Origin: an uncultured Nitrososphaerota archaeon | GTDB lineage: Archaea > Thermoproteota > Nitrososphaeria > Nitrososphaerales > CADDZS01 | Reading direction: 5' to 3' | NCBI GenBank assembly: GCA_963799845.1 | Contig: CAWCYI010000006.1 | Location: 1,248,001 to 1,312,000, forward strand | Length of the DNA stretch: 64,000 nucleotides | Part shown: positions 1-10,182 of the stretch, piece by piece | Layout of the letters: every line of letters starts with the position of its first letter | Numbering within the stretch: the stretch's first letter is position 1 | Made by a program: the position numbers and the translations under genes | The notes under the pieces: model-generated | Seen by the model: only the letters and a program-made list of their open reading frames with translations | The model's database searches: none | Told to the model about the DNA's origin: nothing

Positions 1-641
1 ACCTTGAAGCTTACCGGAAAGGTGGCTTCGGGAAGCGCATGGGCTTTGGAAGAAAACCATGCGTTTTAGTTATCGATATGACTTACGGATTCGTTGATCC
101 AAAGAATCCTTTAGCTCATGGGAGCATGGGGTTTGAAGCTGTAAAGAACTTGAAACCACTTCTCGAGAGAGCTAGAGCGTACGACATTCCGATCATCTAT
201 ACAACCGGGCTAAACAGCATCTCAAACGGACAGCCTGTTGGGATTAGCAGAAAAGTCATCGTCAATCCGGAGCGTTGGGAGAATGAGATAGTCGAGATAA
301 TCAAACCCGAGTCTCGCGATATTGTAATTCCAAAGGGAAAGGCTAGCGTTTTCTTTGGTACAACTATCTTGACGTTTTTGACTCATAATAATATTGACAC
401 TTTGATCGTGACTGGAGCGACTACAAGCGGATGTGTCAGGGCTACAGTTGTAGAGGCTGCATCCTATGATTACTATGTTGTAATCCCGGAAGAATGCGTT
501 GCCGATAGAGCGGAAGTACCGCATAAAGTAAATCTCTTTGACATGGAAATGAAATATGCGGACGTGATTCCTACAAAGGAAGTCATGGATTATTTTGATA
601 CATTGAGCAAGAGTGAAACTTCACTCGTCAAGGGCTCTTAG
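1..641 (+). CDS. Isochorismatase-family cysteine hydrolase (maleamate amidohydrolase NicF / N-carbamoylsarcosine amidase-like), 5'-truncated by window
   Basis: Frame is open from the window start (LEAYRKGGFGKRMGFGRKPCVLVIDM). Catalytic D..K..C motifs: VIDM, PKGKASVFFGT, GATTSGCVRATVVEA. Confidence 0.85.
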   Translation, partial: LEAYRKGGFGKRMGFGRKPCVLVIDMTYGFVDPKNPLAHGSMGFEAVKNLKPLLERARAYDIPIIYTTGLNSISNGQPVGISRKVIVNPERWENEIVEIIKPESRDIVIPKGKASVFFGTTILTFLTHNNIDTLIVTGATTSGCVRATVVEAASYDYYVVIPEECVADRAEVPHKVNLFDMEMKYADVIPTKEVMDYFDTLSKSETSLVKGS

Positions 642-715
642 ACTCGCTTCAACACTTTGTCGCATCGAGGTCACAAATCTTTCTATAGACGGTCATACAC
701 TCCGAATCGGAGTGT

Positions 716-2176
716 ATGATCCGAAACAGCTTATTTGATCGACTTTGCTCTATCGCCGGTGAGGATAACGTGAGCATTGATCCTCGAAACTTGCAGGCAC
801 ATTCCCGCGACCCAAGCCCATTTCCACCAATAACACCTGGAATTATTGTGACCCCGACCAGGACTGAGATCGTTTCTCAGATAATCGAAATGTGCAATGA
901 GACAAAGTCGCCAATCCTACCCTTCGGAGCGGGTTACTCATTCACTGGCTTGTCGAATAGAAGAGGTAGCTCCACGATAGTCATGGACATGAAGAAGATG
1001 AATAGGATAATCAGGATCGACGAGTCTAATCAAACCGTTAGAGCGGAAAGTGGAGTCATAGTGGGAAATCTTTCAGATCAGGTCAAGCAAAGAGGGTATT
1101 ATCTGAATACTGTTGCTGTTCCATACTACAAAGACACTCTTGGAGGGATGATTAGCGGCGTAGTAGCAGGAGGTCATCCCCTTTACTCTTCTTCTGCTGG
1201 TCTAAATAACATGGACATAATTGGCCTAAAAGTTGTGCTCCCAAAAGGGGCGATTATCGAAACGAACGGGTTTGGAATCAGTGCTTTAGCAGGTACACAG
1301 AATCAGTTTATGAGGGGAACAAATTCGCCAGACATGACTGGGATGTTTGTGGGAGATGGAGGGATTTTTGGGATAAAGACAGAAGCGATGATGGCCATGC
1401 ATCCGATGCCACCTTTTTGGAAATCTGGTGCTAACCTCTTTGCAAAATTCGATGACGCGTACACCGCGATCTGCGAAGCTTCCTATTTCTCAAAGGGGCT
1501 TTTGTGCGATTATCTTACAATTCTGAGTCCTGAAATCACAGAGATATACACTCCGAATATTAGTGGTCATGCGAATAATTGGGCGCTGATCTACTACGTA
1601 CATGGGTTCACCGAAAATGACATAGATGTTAGAATTCGAAATGTTGAATCAATCTTCCAAAGGCAAGGAGGAAAAGAGGGAACAGATGCCTTGCAGGAGT
1701 TCTCAGAGGGAATAAGAACGGGTGAAGTTTACTGGAAGACAAATGAGTACACCGAGACCATGATAAGACGCGCATCTTGCGCGTTTTTCTCGAGTAGTAG
1801 CTCATTCAAAAACATATTCTTGAGGCTTTATTCTAATTTGCAGAATAGGCTTCAAAGCTCGAAGTCAACCAAAGAACTAGGATTGACAACTGCTTATGTG
1901 ATACATTCGGTTCTCCAAAATTGCTTGTGGGCAAATATCATACTGAATTATGATTCACTGGAAGCGGAGCCGATCGCTTATGAGATAATTCGAGATTTGC
2001 ATAAATTAGCCGCACAACTAGGGGCGACTTTCGAAACCCATGGGGGTTATGCGGCCGACTTAATGGGAGCTGCTTGGTCGAAGGAGTTTCGGGAAATGAT
2101 GATAACCCTCAAAAAGACGTTAGACCCAAACGGGGTGCTGAATCCGGGATTGTGGTTCACAGAGTTTGATTCTTAG
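716..2176 (+). CDS. FAD-linked oxidase/dehydrogenase, GlcD / D-lactate dehydrogenase (VAO) family
   Basis: PFGAGYS FAD loop, TLGGMIS, GDGGIFGIKTE, C-terminal ETHG...LKKTLDPNGVLNPG. Confidence 0.85.
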   Translation: MIRNSLFDRLCSIAGEDNVSIDPRNLQAHSRDPSPFPPITPGIIVTPTRTEIVSQIIEMCNETKSPILPFGAGYSFTGLSNRRGSSTIVMDMKKMNRIIRIDESNQTVRAESGVIVGNLSDQVKQRGYYLNTVAVPYYKDTLGGMISGVVAGGHPLYSSSAGLNNMDIIGLKVVLPKGAIIETNGFGISALAGTQNQFMRGTNSPDMTGMFVGDGGIFGIKTEAMMAMHPMPPFWKSGANLFAKFDDAYTAICEASYFSKGLLCDYLTILSPEITEIYTPNISGHANNWALIYYVHGFTENDIDVRIRNVESIFQRQGGKEGTDALQEFSEGIRTGEVYWKTNEYTETMIRRASCAFFSSSSSFKNIFLRLYSNLQNRLQSSKSTKELGLTTAYVIHSVLQNCLWANIILNYDSLEAEPIAYEIIRDLHKLAAQLGATFETHGGYAADLMGAAWSKEFREMMITLKKTLDPNGVLNPGLWFTEFDS

Positions 2177-2273
2177 AGGGACAATTCAAATTCCGCGATT
2201 GTCCAACCATTATTTTAGTAAAACCAGACATTGACACCTTCCAGATCGAATTCTTGATCAGATTTCGACCGAA

Positions 2274-2600
2274 GGACTATTATCCAAATACGATCTTAGG
2301 GTTCCGAAGCAACGGATCTCAAGTTCCGAAGATGCTACAGAGGGTATCGCCGTAGATATCGGTAGTCCGGCAGTTCTGAAAAAAGTGGTGACGGTGTTGC
2401 TCAACAAAGTAGAACTTCGAGGAGTGAAACTCAGTCTTACAACTTATTTCGACCTTCGCAAATCATTCCACGAACTTGCCGGGAATTTTCCTTGTCTAAA
2501 GCTATTGGTAATAGATAGGGGGAACAATTAGTTCAGGAGATGGTCCAAGGTTCTCCCCAGTCGAGATCACCTTAGGCACTGAGAAAGAGACTTTGCTGGC
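2274..2600 (+). pseudogene. Decayed fragment of an NDP-forming acyl-CoA synthetase ATP-grasp domain
   Basis: Manual translation: GLLSKYDLRVPK...IAVDIGSPAVLK...NKVELRGVKLSL, then after a stop/shift LVQEMVQG..VEITLG. Matches the IGYPVVLK..HK.E.GGV / VLVQEMV pattern. No start codon. Confidence 0.55.
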
Positions 2601-2654
2601 AAAAAGTCATTAACTTTGAAGAAGTGAGAGACGAATGGGGGACGGACTAGTGTT

Positions 2655-4232
2655 TTGGTAAAAGACATGAGAGATTGGATAGCCACTCTTGAAGCAAAAG
2701 GTCTGCTGAATAGACATCGAGAATCCATTGATGTTCGCAATTGTTCAGAGATAATTTCCCGAAATTACAAGAACGCAACATTTTTTGAACATGTCGAAGA
2801 TTATGAAAATCCCGTTCTCGCGAATTCAATCTCCTCTAGACGAATGATGGCTTTAGCGCTTGAAACAAGTGAGTACGAAATTCTCTCTGAATATCTTCTT
2901 CGAATTTCACATCCAATTTCGCCGTTGTTTGTCAACTCGGGATCTGCAAGGTGCCAAGAAAAAGTATGTTCCAAAGAATCTGAAGTGGACCTGACATCCT
3001 TACCGATCCTGCTTCAACATGAATATGATGGTGCGCCGTACATTACCGCAGGTGTCATAGTAGCAAAAGATCCGGAAACTTCTGCGTATAATATCGGAAT
3101 CTATCGGTTAATGTTTAGGACCAGAAATGAGCTTGGTATTAACATCACTGCGCCGCACAAACTTCGATGGTTTTACCAGAAGGCATTCGAAAGAAAAGAG
3201 CCTCTCAACGTTGCAGTGTGTCTTGGACTTCATTCGCTTGATCTTTTAGCAGCTGTCACATCCTCACCAGAAGGCGTAGACGAGCTGGCTCTTTGGGGTG
3301 GCTTGCAAAGAGATGCAATTAGATTGGTGAAGTGTAAGACTAGTGACTTGTTTGTACCAGAACATACGGAAATTGTGCTAGAAGCAACAATGGATCCAAC
3401 TGGTTGGGTGGAACCTGAAGGAATGTACGGTGAATTCCCTGGAACTTATAGCGGAATGAGAAAGAACCCGTTTCTTAAGATTCAGGCGATTACCTCGCGG
3501 AAAAATCCCATCTATCAAAGTGCGACGCATGGGGGAAAACATCTAGCTTATACTGACTTTTTCGTGATCATTCCACAAATCGAACTGAGTATCCTACAGG
3601 CACTCAAGAGTGCTGGCGTTAATGCGAGGCAGGTCAGAATAGTTGAAGAAAGTGCAGGCATGATTTGTTATGTATCGATTCAAGCTAGAGCAGTTGGAGA
3701 TTCTATGAATGCCCTCAACATAGCACTCACGGGTTCAAGACAAAACTTTCCAAAATACTGCGTTGTGGTGGATTCAGACATTGACGTGTTTGATAATGAA
3801 GCGTTAACGTGGGCTATTGCGACGCGCTCTCAGCCTAAAGAAGACTCAATAATACTGGATGGGTTGCGCATACCTTCGTCATCTGATCCGTCGCTCAGGA
3901 CCGGAGTGCGTACGATGTCAAAACTGGGAATTGATGCTACTGTGCCGTTTGAAGCGGAGCGAGCAAGATTTGTTCATTCAAAGCCGCCACTTCTGAAAGA
4001 GTATTCAGTGGATAATAAGGGAAACGAGGCTGAGAATGCTGAGCAGAGGATAATAGATTTCTTAAGTGAAATGGGTCCTTCTTTTTTCTACGAAATATCG
4101 TCTAATCTTCAAGAGTTTAGCTTTCGAACGATTTTGATTTCGTGGGGAAAACTAAGAGGAAAAAAAGAGATAGAGCAAGGTATGGATGGGAAATATGCGA
4201 TTGGAATTCGAGAACATTCTGTGTCGAAATAG
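2655..4232 (+). CDS. UbiD-family (prFMN-dependent) decarboxylase with C-terminal winged-helix-like extension
   Basis: DGAPYITAG, NIGIYRL, EGMYGEFPG, VVVDSDIDVFD, WAIATR, KLGIDAT. About 80 extra residues follow the usual end. Confidence 0.9.
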   Translation: MVKDMRDWIATLEAKGLLNRHRESIDVRNCSEIISRNYKNATFFEHVEDYENPVLANSISSRRMMALALETSEYEILSEYLLRISHPISPLFVNSGSARCQEKVCSKESEVDLTSLPILLQHEYDGAPYITAGVIVAKDPETSAYNIGIYRLMFRTRNELGINITAPHKLRWFYQKAFERKEPLNVAVCLGLHSLDLLAAVTSSPEGVDELALWGGLQRDAIRLVKCKTSDLFVPEHTEIVLEATMDPTGWVEPEGMYGEFPGTYSGMRKNPFLKIQAITSRKNPIYQSATHGGKHLAYTDFFVIIPQIELSILQALKSAGVNARQVRIVEESAGMICYVSIQARAVGDSMNALNIALTGSRQNFPKYCVVVDSDIDVFDNEALTWAIATRSQPKEDSIILDGLRIPSSSDPSLRTGVRTMSKLGIDATVPFEAERARFVHSKPPLLKEYSVDNKGNEAENAEQRIIDFLSEMGPSFFYEISSNLQEFSFRTILISWGKLRGKKEIEQGMDGKYAIGIREHSVSK

Positions 4233-4247
4233 GCGAAGAAATAGGGC

Positions 4248-5835
4248 ATGTCAAAACCAAGGGTAGCTGATTTTTTCCGGGCCAAATGCTACGGTTGCTA
4301 ACTCTCCACCCCTCGTAACAAGTAACAAAGCTAGACTTCCTGGAGAGAGATTAATTCCTGGTCGTTTCGATCATCTTGTTCCTCAGATACTTTATGAAAA
4401 AGTTAAGGTAAAAATTAAGAAATTTAGCGCGCATCCACTTGAGCAGGACGCGGCATCTGTTTATGCCGATGATAGAAAGGACTACTACGAGGTCGAACTC
4501 TCTCCCGACGATGGTCCCTACCTCCTTCCGTATATGGCAAGAAGATCGGATGGTACGAAGAACGGTACTCCCTTTGAGGCTGTCGACATGTGGAATCCAT
4601 TATTGGGGTTTGGCGGAAGGCAATTCTTCTATCCCGACGCTTCGCGAATTTTTGACGATATCAATAGGACGATTTCTGGAAGGGACGCAAATGGGGAGGC
4701 TAATGTTCTAGACCGACTGGCCGATTACGAATTCATCAGAGTTCTTCCTCCAGGTGGATTCACTGCCCGAGGTGAGATCTCGGGAGTACACTATTTCCCG
4801 TACAGACCAGAACCTATCGCAAAAATAATTAGAGCGGGAGACTTGGCGACCGCTGCAAATATAGTTCAAAGATCGATCTCGACCAAAGAATTCGAGGGCG
4901 GAATCTGGCTAGATGGAAGCCCGCAACTTGAGGAATCTCTCTACTGGCTATCGCTAATGATAGACACCGAGCTTCCTTTGGTAGGCGTTGCTGCCCAAAG
5001 GCCCCACGGCGAGCTAGCAAACGATGGCGATCGAAACATTGTCGATGCGGTAGAATACGTCGTGTCTGGCAAGGGAAAAGGCCTTGGAGGAGTTGGCGTC
5101 CAAGATCAAGTAATTTACGCAGCTCGGGAATTCAAAAAGGCAGATGCGCGGCCGGGAAATTACAAGGCAACTGGCGGCCACGGTGGAATACTGGGGTCGG
5201 TGAAGGCAGGGATAACAATCTGGTATCGCCCTAACTATAAACACACTTCAACGTCCGAGGTGAATTTGACGAGACTGCCAGACAAAGTGGTTTTTCAAGA
5301 TAAATTTGAAAGTTCTGACATGGTTTCGATTCAGATAAAAGACTCAGAAGGGTACCTTTTGAATTCAACTATTCCACGCGTCAGTATAATCAAGTATGCC
5401 AGCTATTCCCAAGATGATGAAAAGGGAGACCCGGATCAGGAGATAGAAATCATGGCGAGAATCTCGAAGATCGAGTCTGATAGATCAAATCCTCAGGCAT
5501 CGAAACTTCACGGCATTGTCTACGAAGGTCTATCTCCCTATGCGGTTGGTTCTGTCTCACAATTAAGAGCGCTGTGGATCGCCGCGTTCTCCGGGATCCC
5601 TGTAGTCAGAGTAGGCAGAAGTGATCCAGGAGGCCGAGTAATCACGGATCCTAATGATCCAACAATCGAAGGAAGTAACCTAGACTCGAACAAGGCACGA
5701 TTGCTCTTGATATCTTCCATGCTTAAGCTCGGCCGACTGCCGAGAGCAAGAGATCCGAGGAATCCTACAAATGAAGAGAGGAGAGCTGTGTCTGAGAAAG
5801 TCGCTGAATTCCAAGAAATATTTGAAACGCATTGA
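4248..5835 (+). CDS. Asparaginase-domain protein, about 528 aa, with a +1 frameshift at 4269 (probably a sequencing error)
   Basis: Removing G4269 joins ATG4248 (MSKPRVA) to IFSGPNATVANSPPLVTSNKAR..., in frame with ORF 4534..5835. Asparaginase-like motifs: LDGSPQLEE, GVAAQRP, DGDRNIVDA, SNLDSNKARLLL. Confidence 0.75.
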
Positions 5836-5927
5836 CTAGATGCAAGACTTATTTCCAAAAAAGCTCTGGCCCTCATTTGCTCCTCTTTTGTTAGGGCATT
5901 ATTGTCGAAAAAATTTTCCCAAATTGA

Positions 5928-7016
5928 TAGGAGTTACGCGGTTGACCCAAGAAGATAGATTGGGTGTGCAATGTAACTCCTTATCGCATCTCTGACGATT
6001 CTCGCCTTCGCTTCGTACCAGCTTATCCCGGTCATCAATCTGCACAATTCTAGACGTATGAACGCCCTTATTGACATGTGGATGTGATTCAGAATGGATG
6101 TCGCCTTCCTGACCTGAGCCCTCTCAATGCCACAACACTGCTTGACTCCTCTGTGGTACTCCTCGATTCCCCATCCTTGGTCAGAGAGTTCATCTCTCTT
6201 TTCCTCATTCATCCCAACGTCATCGGTAGCCCAGTGTTCAATGTCTCCTTTCTTGGAGGCTGTCCTGAACACCCTGACCATTCCGAATCCCATGAGATGA
6301 ACCGTGGTTCCCTCAGGCGGGATCTCCACGTCCTTGATTGGTTTGTTTCCTTTTTTTCTGCCCGTTGGATTGACGAGCCTGTTCTCCTTGAGGCGGCAGA
6401 AGAAATGCCACCCGAGCTCCCTTGCGATGAGCTTCAGATTTTCCATGCTCGAGTACCAGCTGTCAAAGAGGACGTATTTTGGTTCCATCCCTCTCTGCTT
6501 TGCAACCAACAACATGTCCTGGAAGTGATCGTTCTTGGTGAGACCGTCTTTTGACGCATTGTAGAGTCTAAAGTCACATGGAATGAGGGCGTTACCATCG
6601 CTCCATAGTGTTGTGATGAGATTTATCCCCTTCACCACACTGTGGTGTTTTCCGCTCCAGTGGTACGTGACGTAATCCATCTTCTCCGCGTACGGTTTGT
6701 CCAGAGTTGAATCATCGACTATCGGTACTCCTCCCGCAGTAACGGCGATGATCCTCTTCGCCTCATCCCAGAGCGCTTCTGTATCCGCAGGCAGTCTCTC
6801 CAGAAGGCGGGTGAAGCTATCGTGTGCTGGCGGCGTGACTCCTGCATCATCATCAGGCTGACATCTAGCAGCTTCGGTGCAAGCGAATGATTTCTGGGAT
6901 GCTATCAGGAAGTCTATGTAGTCATTGTCATCGCATTTTGGAGGGTTCATGCAGCGTCTGATGAACCAGAGAAACAATCCTGGCCAAATTCTTTTCGGCC
7001 AAATGCGTAACTCCTA
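5928..7016 (-). mobile_element. IS701-family insertion sequence, complete
   Basis: TIR TAGGAGTTACGC (5928-5939) / GCGTAACTCCTA (7005-7016), flanked by direct repeat ATTGA (5923-5927, 7017-7021). An alternative reading is an 11-bp TIR with 7-bp TSD AATTGAT. Confidence 0.9.
5934..6950 (-). CDS. IS701-family DDE transposase
   Basis: MNPPKC...YIDFLIA N-terminus; DDE motifs IVDDSTLDKPY, VLFDSWYSS, WGIEEYHRGVKQCCGIE. Confidence 0.9.
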   Translation of the reverse strand: MNPPKCDDNDYIDFLIASQKSFACTEAARCQPDDDAGVTPPAHDSFTRLLERLPADTEALWDEAKRIIAVTAGGVPIVDDSTLDKPYAEKMDYVTYHWSGKHHSVVKGINLITTLWSDGNALIPCDFRLYNASKDGLTKNDHFQDMLLVAKQRGMEPKYVLFDSWYSSMENLKLIARELGWHFFCRLKENRLVNPTGRKKGNKPIKDVEIPPEGTTVHLMGFGMVRVFRTASKKGDIEHWATDDVGMNEEKRDELSDQGWGIEEYHRGVKQCCGIERAQVRKATSILNHIHMSIRAFIRLELCRLMTGISWYEAKARIVRDAIRSYIAHPIYLLGSTA

Positions 7017-7152
7017 ATTGATTTAGATTTCTAAATATCAAGAAATGCGTTCTGTCAACTCGCACAGAGGACGATGATTCGATTGGCTCTGTCCACGAAC
7101 CGAGTATACTCTTATATCGATGGTACTGGCTGGTTCTCAGCGAATTTTGAAT

Positions 7153-8250
7153 ATGAGCGGAGTAATCGGAGGTTACCCTGGGCATCATACATCCAGTCCA
7201 TTCATCTTGCCTCTGGTGCTTGAGGCGACTAGAAATTGTACCATGAATTTCTGCCAAGTAAAACGCGGTGAAAGAGTGTTGATTGTATCAGAATACGATA
7301 CCGATCCGCTCGTCACATCTGCCTTTGCTGCATCCGCCGCAGAAAGCGGAGCAGAAGTTGCAATGATCACTATTCCTCCTCTCGCCGTCGGCGGATGGGT
7401 GAGAAATAGCCCGAACGATATGCTCGTGGGAGCTTTCGAAAATTCCGACGTTGTGATCGCCTGTACGTACTTTGAATTTGCCCACAACGAGAGAACTTTC
7501 TTCAGCAAGATATTCGGAGGAAAAAGCAGAGTCTGTTCTGTCCTGATGGGTTCAACGCCTGGCTCGCTGATCTCAGCGGGTCGATTTCCTATAGCACTTT
7601 ATTGTGAGATTGGAGAAAGAGCCATGAAGGTTTTGAACACTGCAAGCACCATTCGGTACACTACAGCGTCAGGGACCGATGTTACTTTTGAGGGTCCTCA
7701 GGGAATCTCCTATGGAAAGCCCCTCGAGCCGGGAAACTGGGCAATTTTCCCGCCGATGGGGATAAACCTCTATCCGAAGAATTCAAACGGAGTGCTAGTG
7801 CCTGATGAGACAGCACTGACCGGAAAGCTTTCTTCCCCGATCAAGTTTGTGATTGAAAACAACTTTGTTGTGAAGATAGAGGGGGCATCTGGGGCAGAGC
7901 GGGCCGCTATAGAGGCTTTCTGCAATGGGAAATACTACGTCAGGCACACCGTCATCGGGTTAAATCCCAAAGTGAGAATGGTTAACGCACCCGAGTTTGA
8001 AAGGGAAAGGGCAGCGGGAACAACTTACTTGGGATTGGACGGAACCGGCCTATCAGGACAAATTGACAGAACAAAGCCGGGGTTCTCTCACCTCGACATG
8101 ATCTTTGATACTCCAACAGTATACGTCGACGGAGAGCTTTTCGTCAAAGACCGAAGATTGCTGTTACTAGAAGATCGGGAGCTCTTAGAGATAGCGAAAA
8201 AATACGGAGACCCGAAGAAGGTGTTAGCGCAGAATCCTCTTCTCTTCTAG
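7153..8250 (+). CDS. Peptidase M29-fold protein (leucyl aminopeptidase T / NicX 2,5-dihydroxypyridine dioxygenase-like)
   Basis: VKRGERVLIVS, GTDVTF, RHTVIGLNP, SHLDMIFDTPTVYVDGE. Start could be 7120 or 7153. Confidence 0.65.
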   Translation: MSGVIGGYPGHHTSSPFILPLVLEATRNCTMNFCQVKRGERVLIVSEYDTDPLVTSAFAASAAESGAEVAMITIPPLAVGGWVRNSPNDMLVGAFENSDVVIACTYFEFAHNERTFFSKIFGGKSRVCSVLMGSTPGSLISAGRFPIALYCEIGERAMKVLNTASTIRYTTASGTDVTFEGPQGISYGKPLEPGNWAIFPPMGINLYPKNSNGVLVPDETALTGKLSSPIKFVIENNFVVKIEGASGAERAAIEAFCNGKYYVRHTVIGLNPKVRMVNAPEFERERAAGTTYLGLDGTGLSGQIDRTKPGFSHLDMIFDTPTVYVDGELFVKDRRLLLLEDRELLEIAKKYGDPKKVLAQNPLLF

Positions 8251-8341
8251 ATGGATCGCTATTTGGCATAGATTCCCCATTTGTCGGTTCAGTAACAATA
8301 CCTTAATTTGACGTTCCGGCACGACAGAATTCGGCCTTGGA

Positions 8342-9460
8342 ATGCTGAACCAAGATTCACTAAATCTATCAGAAATAATTGATCATCTCATTACAGTCCC
8401 AGTTTTTTCCGGGTCGTCCCTCGCCTCCCGACCTGTTGTATTGGACTTGTATGAAGCTGCCAGAGGAAAATTTGGAAGACCGCTTTGCTTTGATGCAACG
8501 GAAAAAATCCTGCTCTCTTCAGAAAAGGAAGCGGTCAAGACTGTCATAATCACAACCGGGTTTATCGTTCCTCCATGGTTGGAGGCAGAGACTGACGGCC
8601 CCGTCGGTGCTGTAACGCTCGCCAGATCGTTGAATCTTGCTTTCGATGCGGTTCCAGTTCTAGTTACCGAGAAACATGCAGTTCAGAAAACAAAATCGCT
8701 GCTCGAAGCGACGGGATTCAGAGTTGGTGATATCGAAAATGCGAAGAAACCACTTGGTAAACGTACTGGACTCGTTGTTGGCTTCACAACCGATGTTGGA
8801 CAAGCTGTTAGAGAGTCAGAAGATCTGATATCGAAAACATCTCCGTTTAGCATAATTTCAATTGAGAAAGCATCTCCGAACAGGGTTGGAGTTTTCCATA
8901 GCGGCGTCGGAGTGGATGTTTCAAAGCTTTCCGCGAAGGTCGACAAGCTCGTTGAACATGCAAAGAATACTGGCATTCTGACAGTGGGGATCGGGGATGC
9001 TGGGAACGAAATAGGAATGGGTTGCATTGAGAAAACCGTCAGAGAAATCCTCCCCACGGGGTCTGATTGTGGTTGTCCTTGTCACCAAGGGGTGGCATCT
9101 GCTGTAGCGACGGACGGATTGATGGTAACCGGAACGTCGAATTGGGGGGCGTCGGCAATCGAGGCCCTATTGGCATTTCATTATAAGGTTCCAGAGCTTC
9201 TGCATGATGGCGCCACTGAAGTGAACTTGATCAGAAGGTCCGCCGAGCTCGGGTTCATCGACCCAGCTTCGGGATTTGCAGATCCGGGCGTGGACGCGAT
9301 ACCAGCGAAAATGCACGGTGCTCTGATCGAGTTACTGAATTTCATCACAAACTCTAGGATGAAAGATTCCTACTATATCAAAAAGTACAGGGAATATACG
9401 AGAGACAAAAAGAAACTGGCCGAGGAAATTGAGAAAGCTGGCGAAAGTCAAGCAATCTAG
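8342..9460 (+). CDS. D-glutamate cyclase family (DUF4392) protein
   Basis: ITTGF, ETDGPVGA, GIGDAGNEIGMG, CGCPC, SNWGA motifs. Confidence 0.85.
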   Translation: MLNQDSLNLSEIIDHLITVPVFSGSSLASRPVVLDLYEAARGKFGRPLCFDATEKILLSSEKEAVKTVIITTGFIVPPWLEAETDGPVGAVTLARSLNLAFDAVPVLVTEKHAVQKTKSLLEATGFRVGDIENAKKPLGKRTGLVVGFTTDVGQAVRESEDLISKTSPFSIISIEKASPNRVGVFHSGVGVDVSKLSAKVDKLVEHAKNTGILTVGIGDAGNEIGMGCIEKTVREILPTGSDCGCPCHQGVASAVATDGLMVTGTSNWGASAIEALLAFHYKVPELLHDGATEVNLIRRSAELGFIDPASGFADPGVDAIPAKMHGALIELLNFITNSRMKDSYYIKKYREYTRDKKKLAEEIEKAGESQAI

Positions 9461-10182
9461 TATCTTGCGAGAAGAGTGCCGAGTCCGCTTACACTTCCCT
9501 TTCTCTTCAAAGCCTTAAGCGATCGCCACAGACTCGCCGCGTTGCTCGTGACGACCGGCTTCCCCAGTTCTTCCTCAATTCTTTGAATTACTGTCATCGT
9601 CTTTAGGTCTGTACAACTCAAAAAAATTCCCTCCGCTTCCGGGCTATCTACAGCCCGTGCTAGTTTCACCGTCGTCTCTGGCGGTTCTGCATGAAGCGGC
9701 GCTCCCTTTGTGTACCCAAGGCCTTTGATTTTTGTAACTTCCAATCCATTTTCTTCTAGAAACCGTACTTCCGCGTCGTTGAGCTCCTTCGAGTAGGGTG
9801 TTCCAACCGCTATCTTTCGAAGCCCGAGCGTACTGAATGCATCGAGAACCGCCCCCGCAGTAGTAATCACTGGAACAGATGTCGCTTCCTTCATTCGATG
9901 CTCTAATTTTTCCTCCCATTTCTTTCCTCCTATCAAACTCCCCGTAGTGCAGGCATAGAGAACAGCGCTAACATCCGCGGAGTCGAGCATTCTGCAAGCA
10001 TTTTCAGTAGCGTCTGCCATGTCAACCAGATCTTTTCTCGTTCCGCTTCTGAGTAAGAGTCTTGTCGCGTGTATGGACACGTCTTCGGGAGCGACCGCAT
10101 TGAATTCTGGTTCTATCGTTACGTTAAGAGAAGGGACTATGATGCCAAGTCGGTACTTGGTGTTGTATTTTGGATTTTCCAA
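9457..10182 (-). CDS. Maleate cis-trans isomerase / Asp-Glu-hydantoin racemase family protein
   Basis: GIIVPSLNVTIEPEF; two catalytic Cys in YACTTGS and FLSCTDL; LGKPVVTSN. TTG start abuts the upstream UbiD stop. Confidence 0.85.
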   Translation of the reverse strand: MENPKYNTKYRLGIIVPSLNVTIEPEFNAVAPEDVSIHATRLLLRSGTRKDLVDMADATENACRMLDSADVSAVLYACTTGSLIGGKKWEEKLEHRMKEATSVPVITTAGAVLDAFSTLGLRKIAVGTPYSKELNDAEVRFLEENGLEVTKIKGLGYTKGAPLHAEPPETTVKLARAVDSPEAEGIFLSCTDLKTMTVIQRIEEELGKPVVTSNAASLWRSLKALKRKGSVSGLGTLLARY

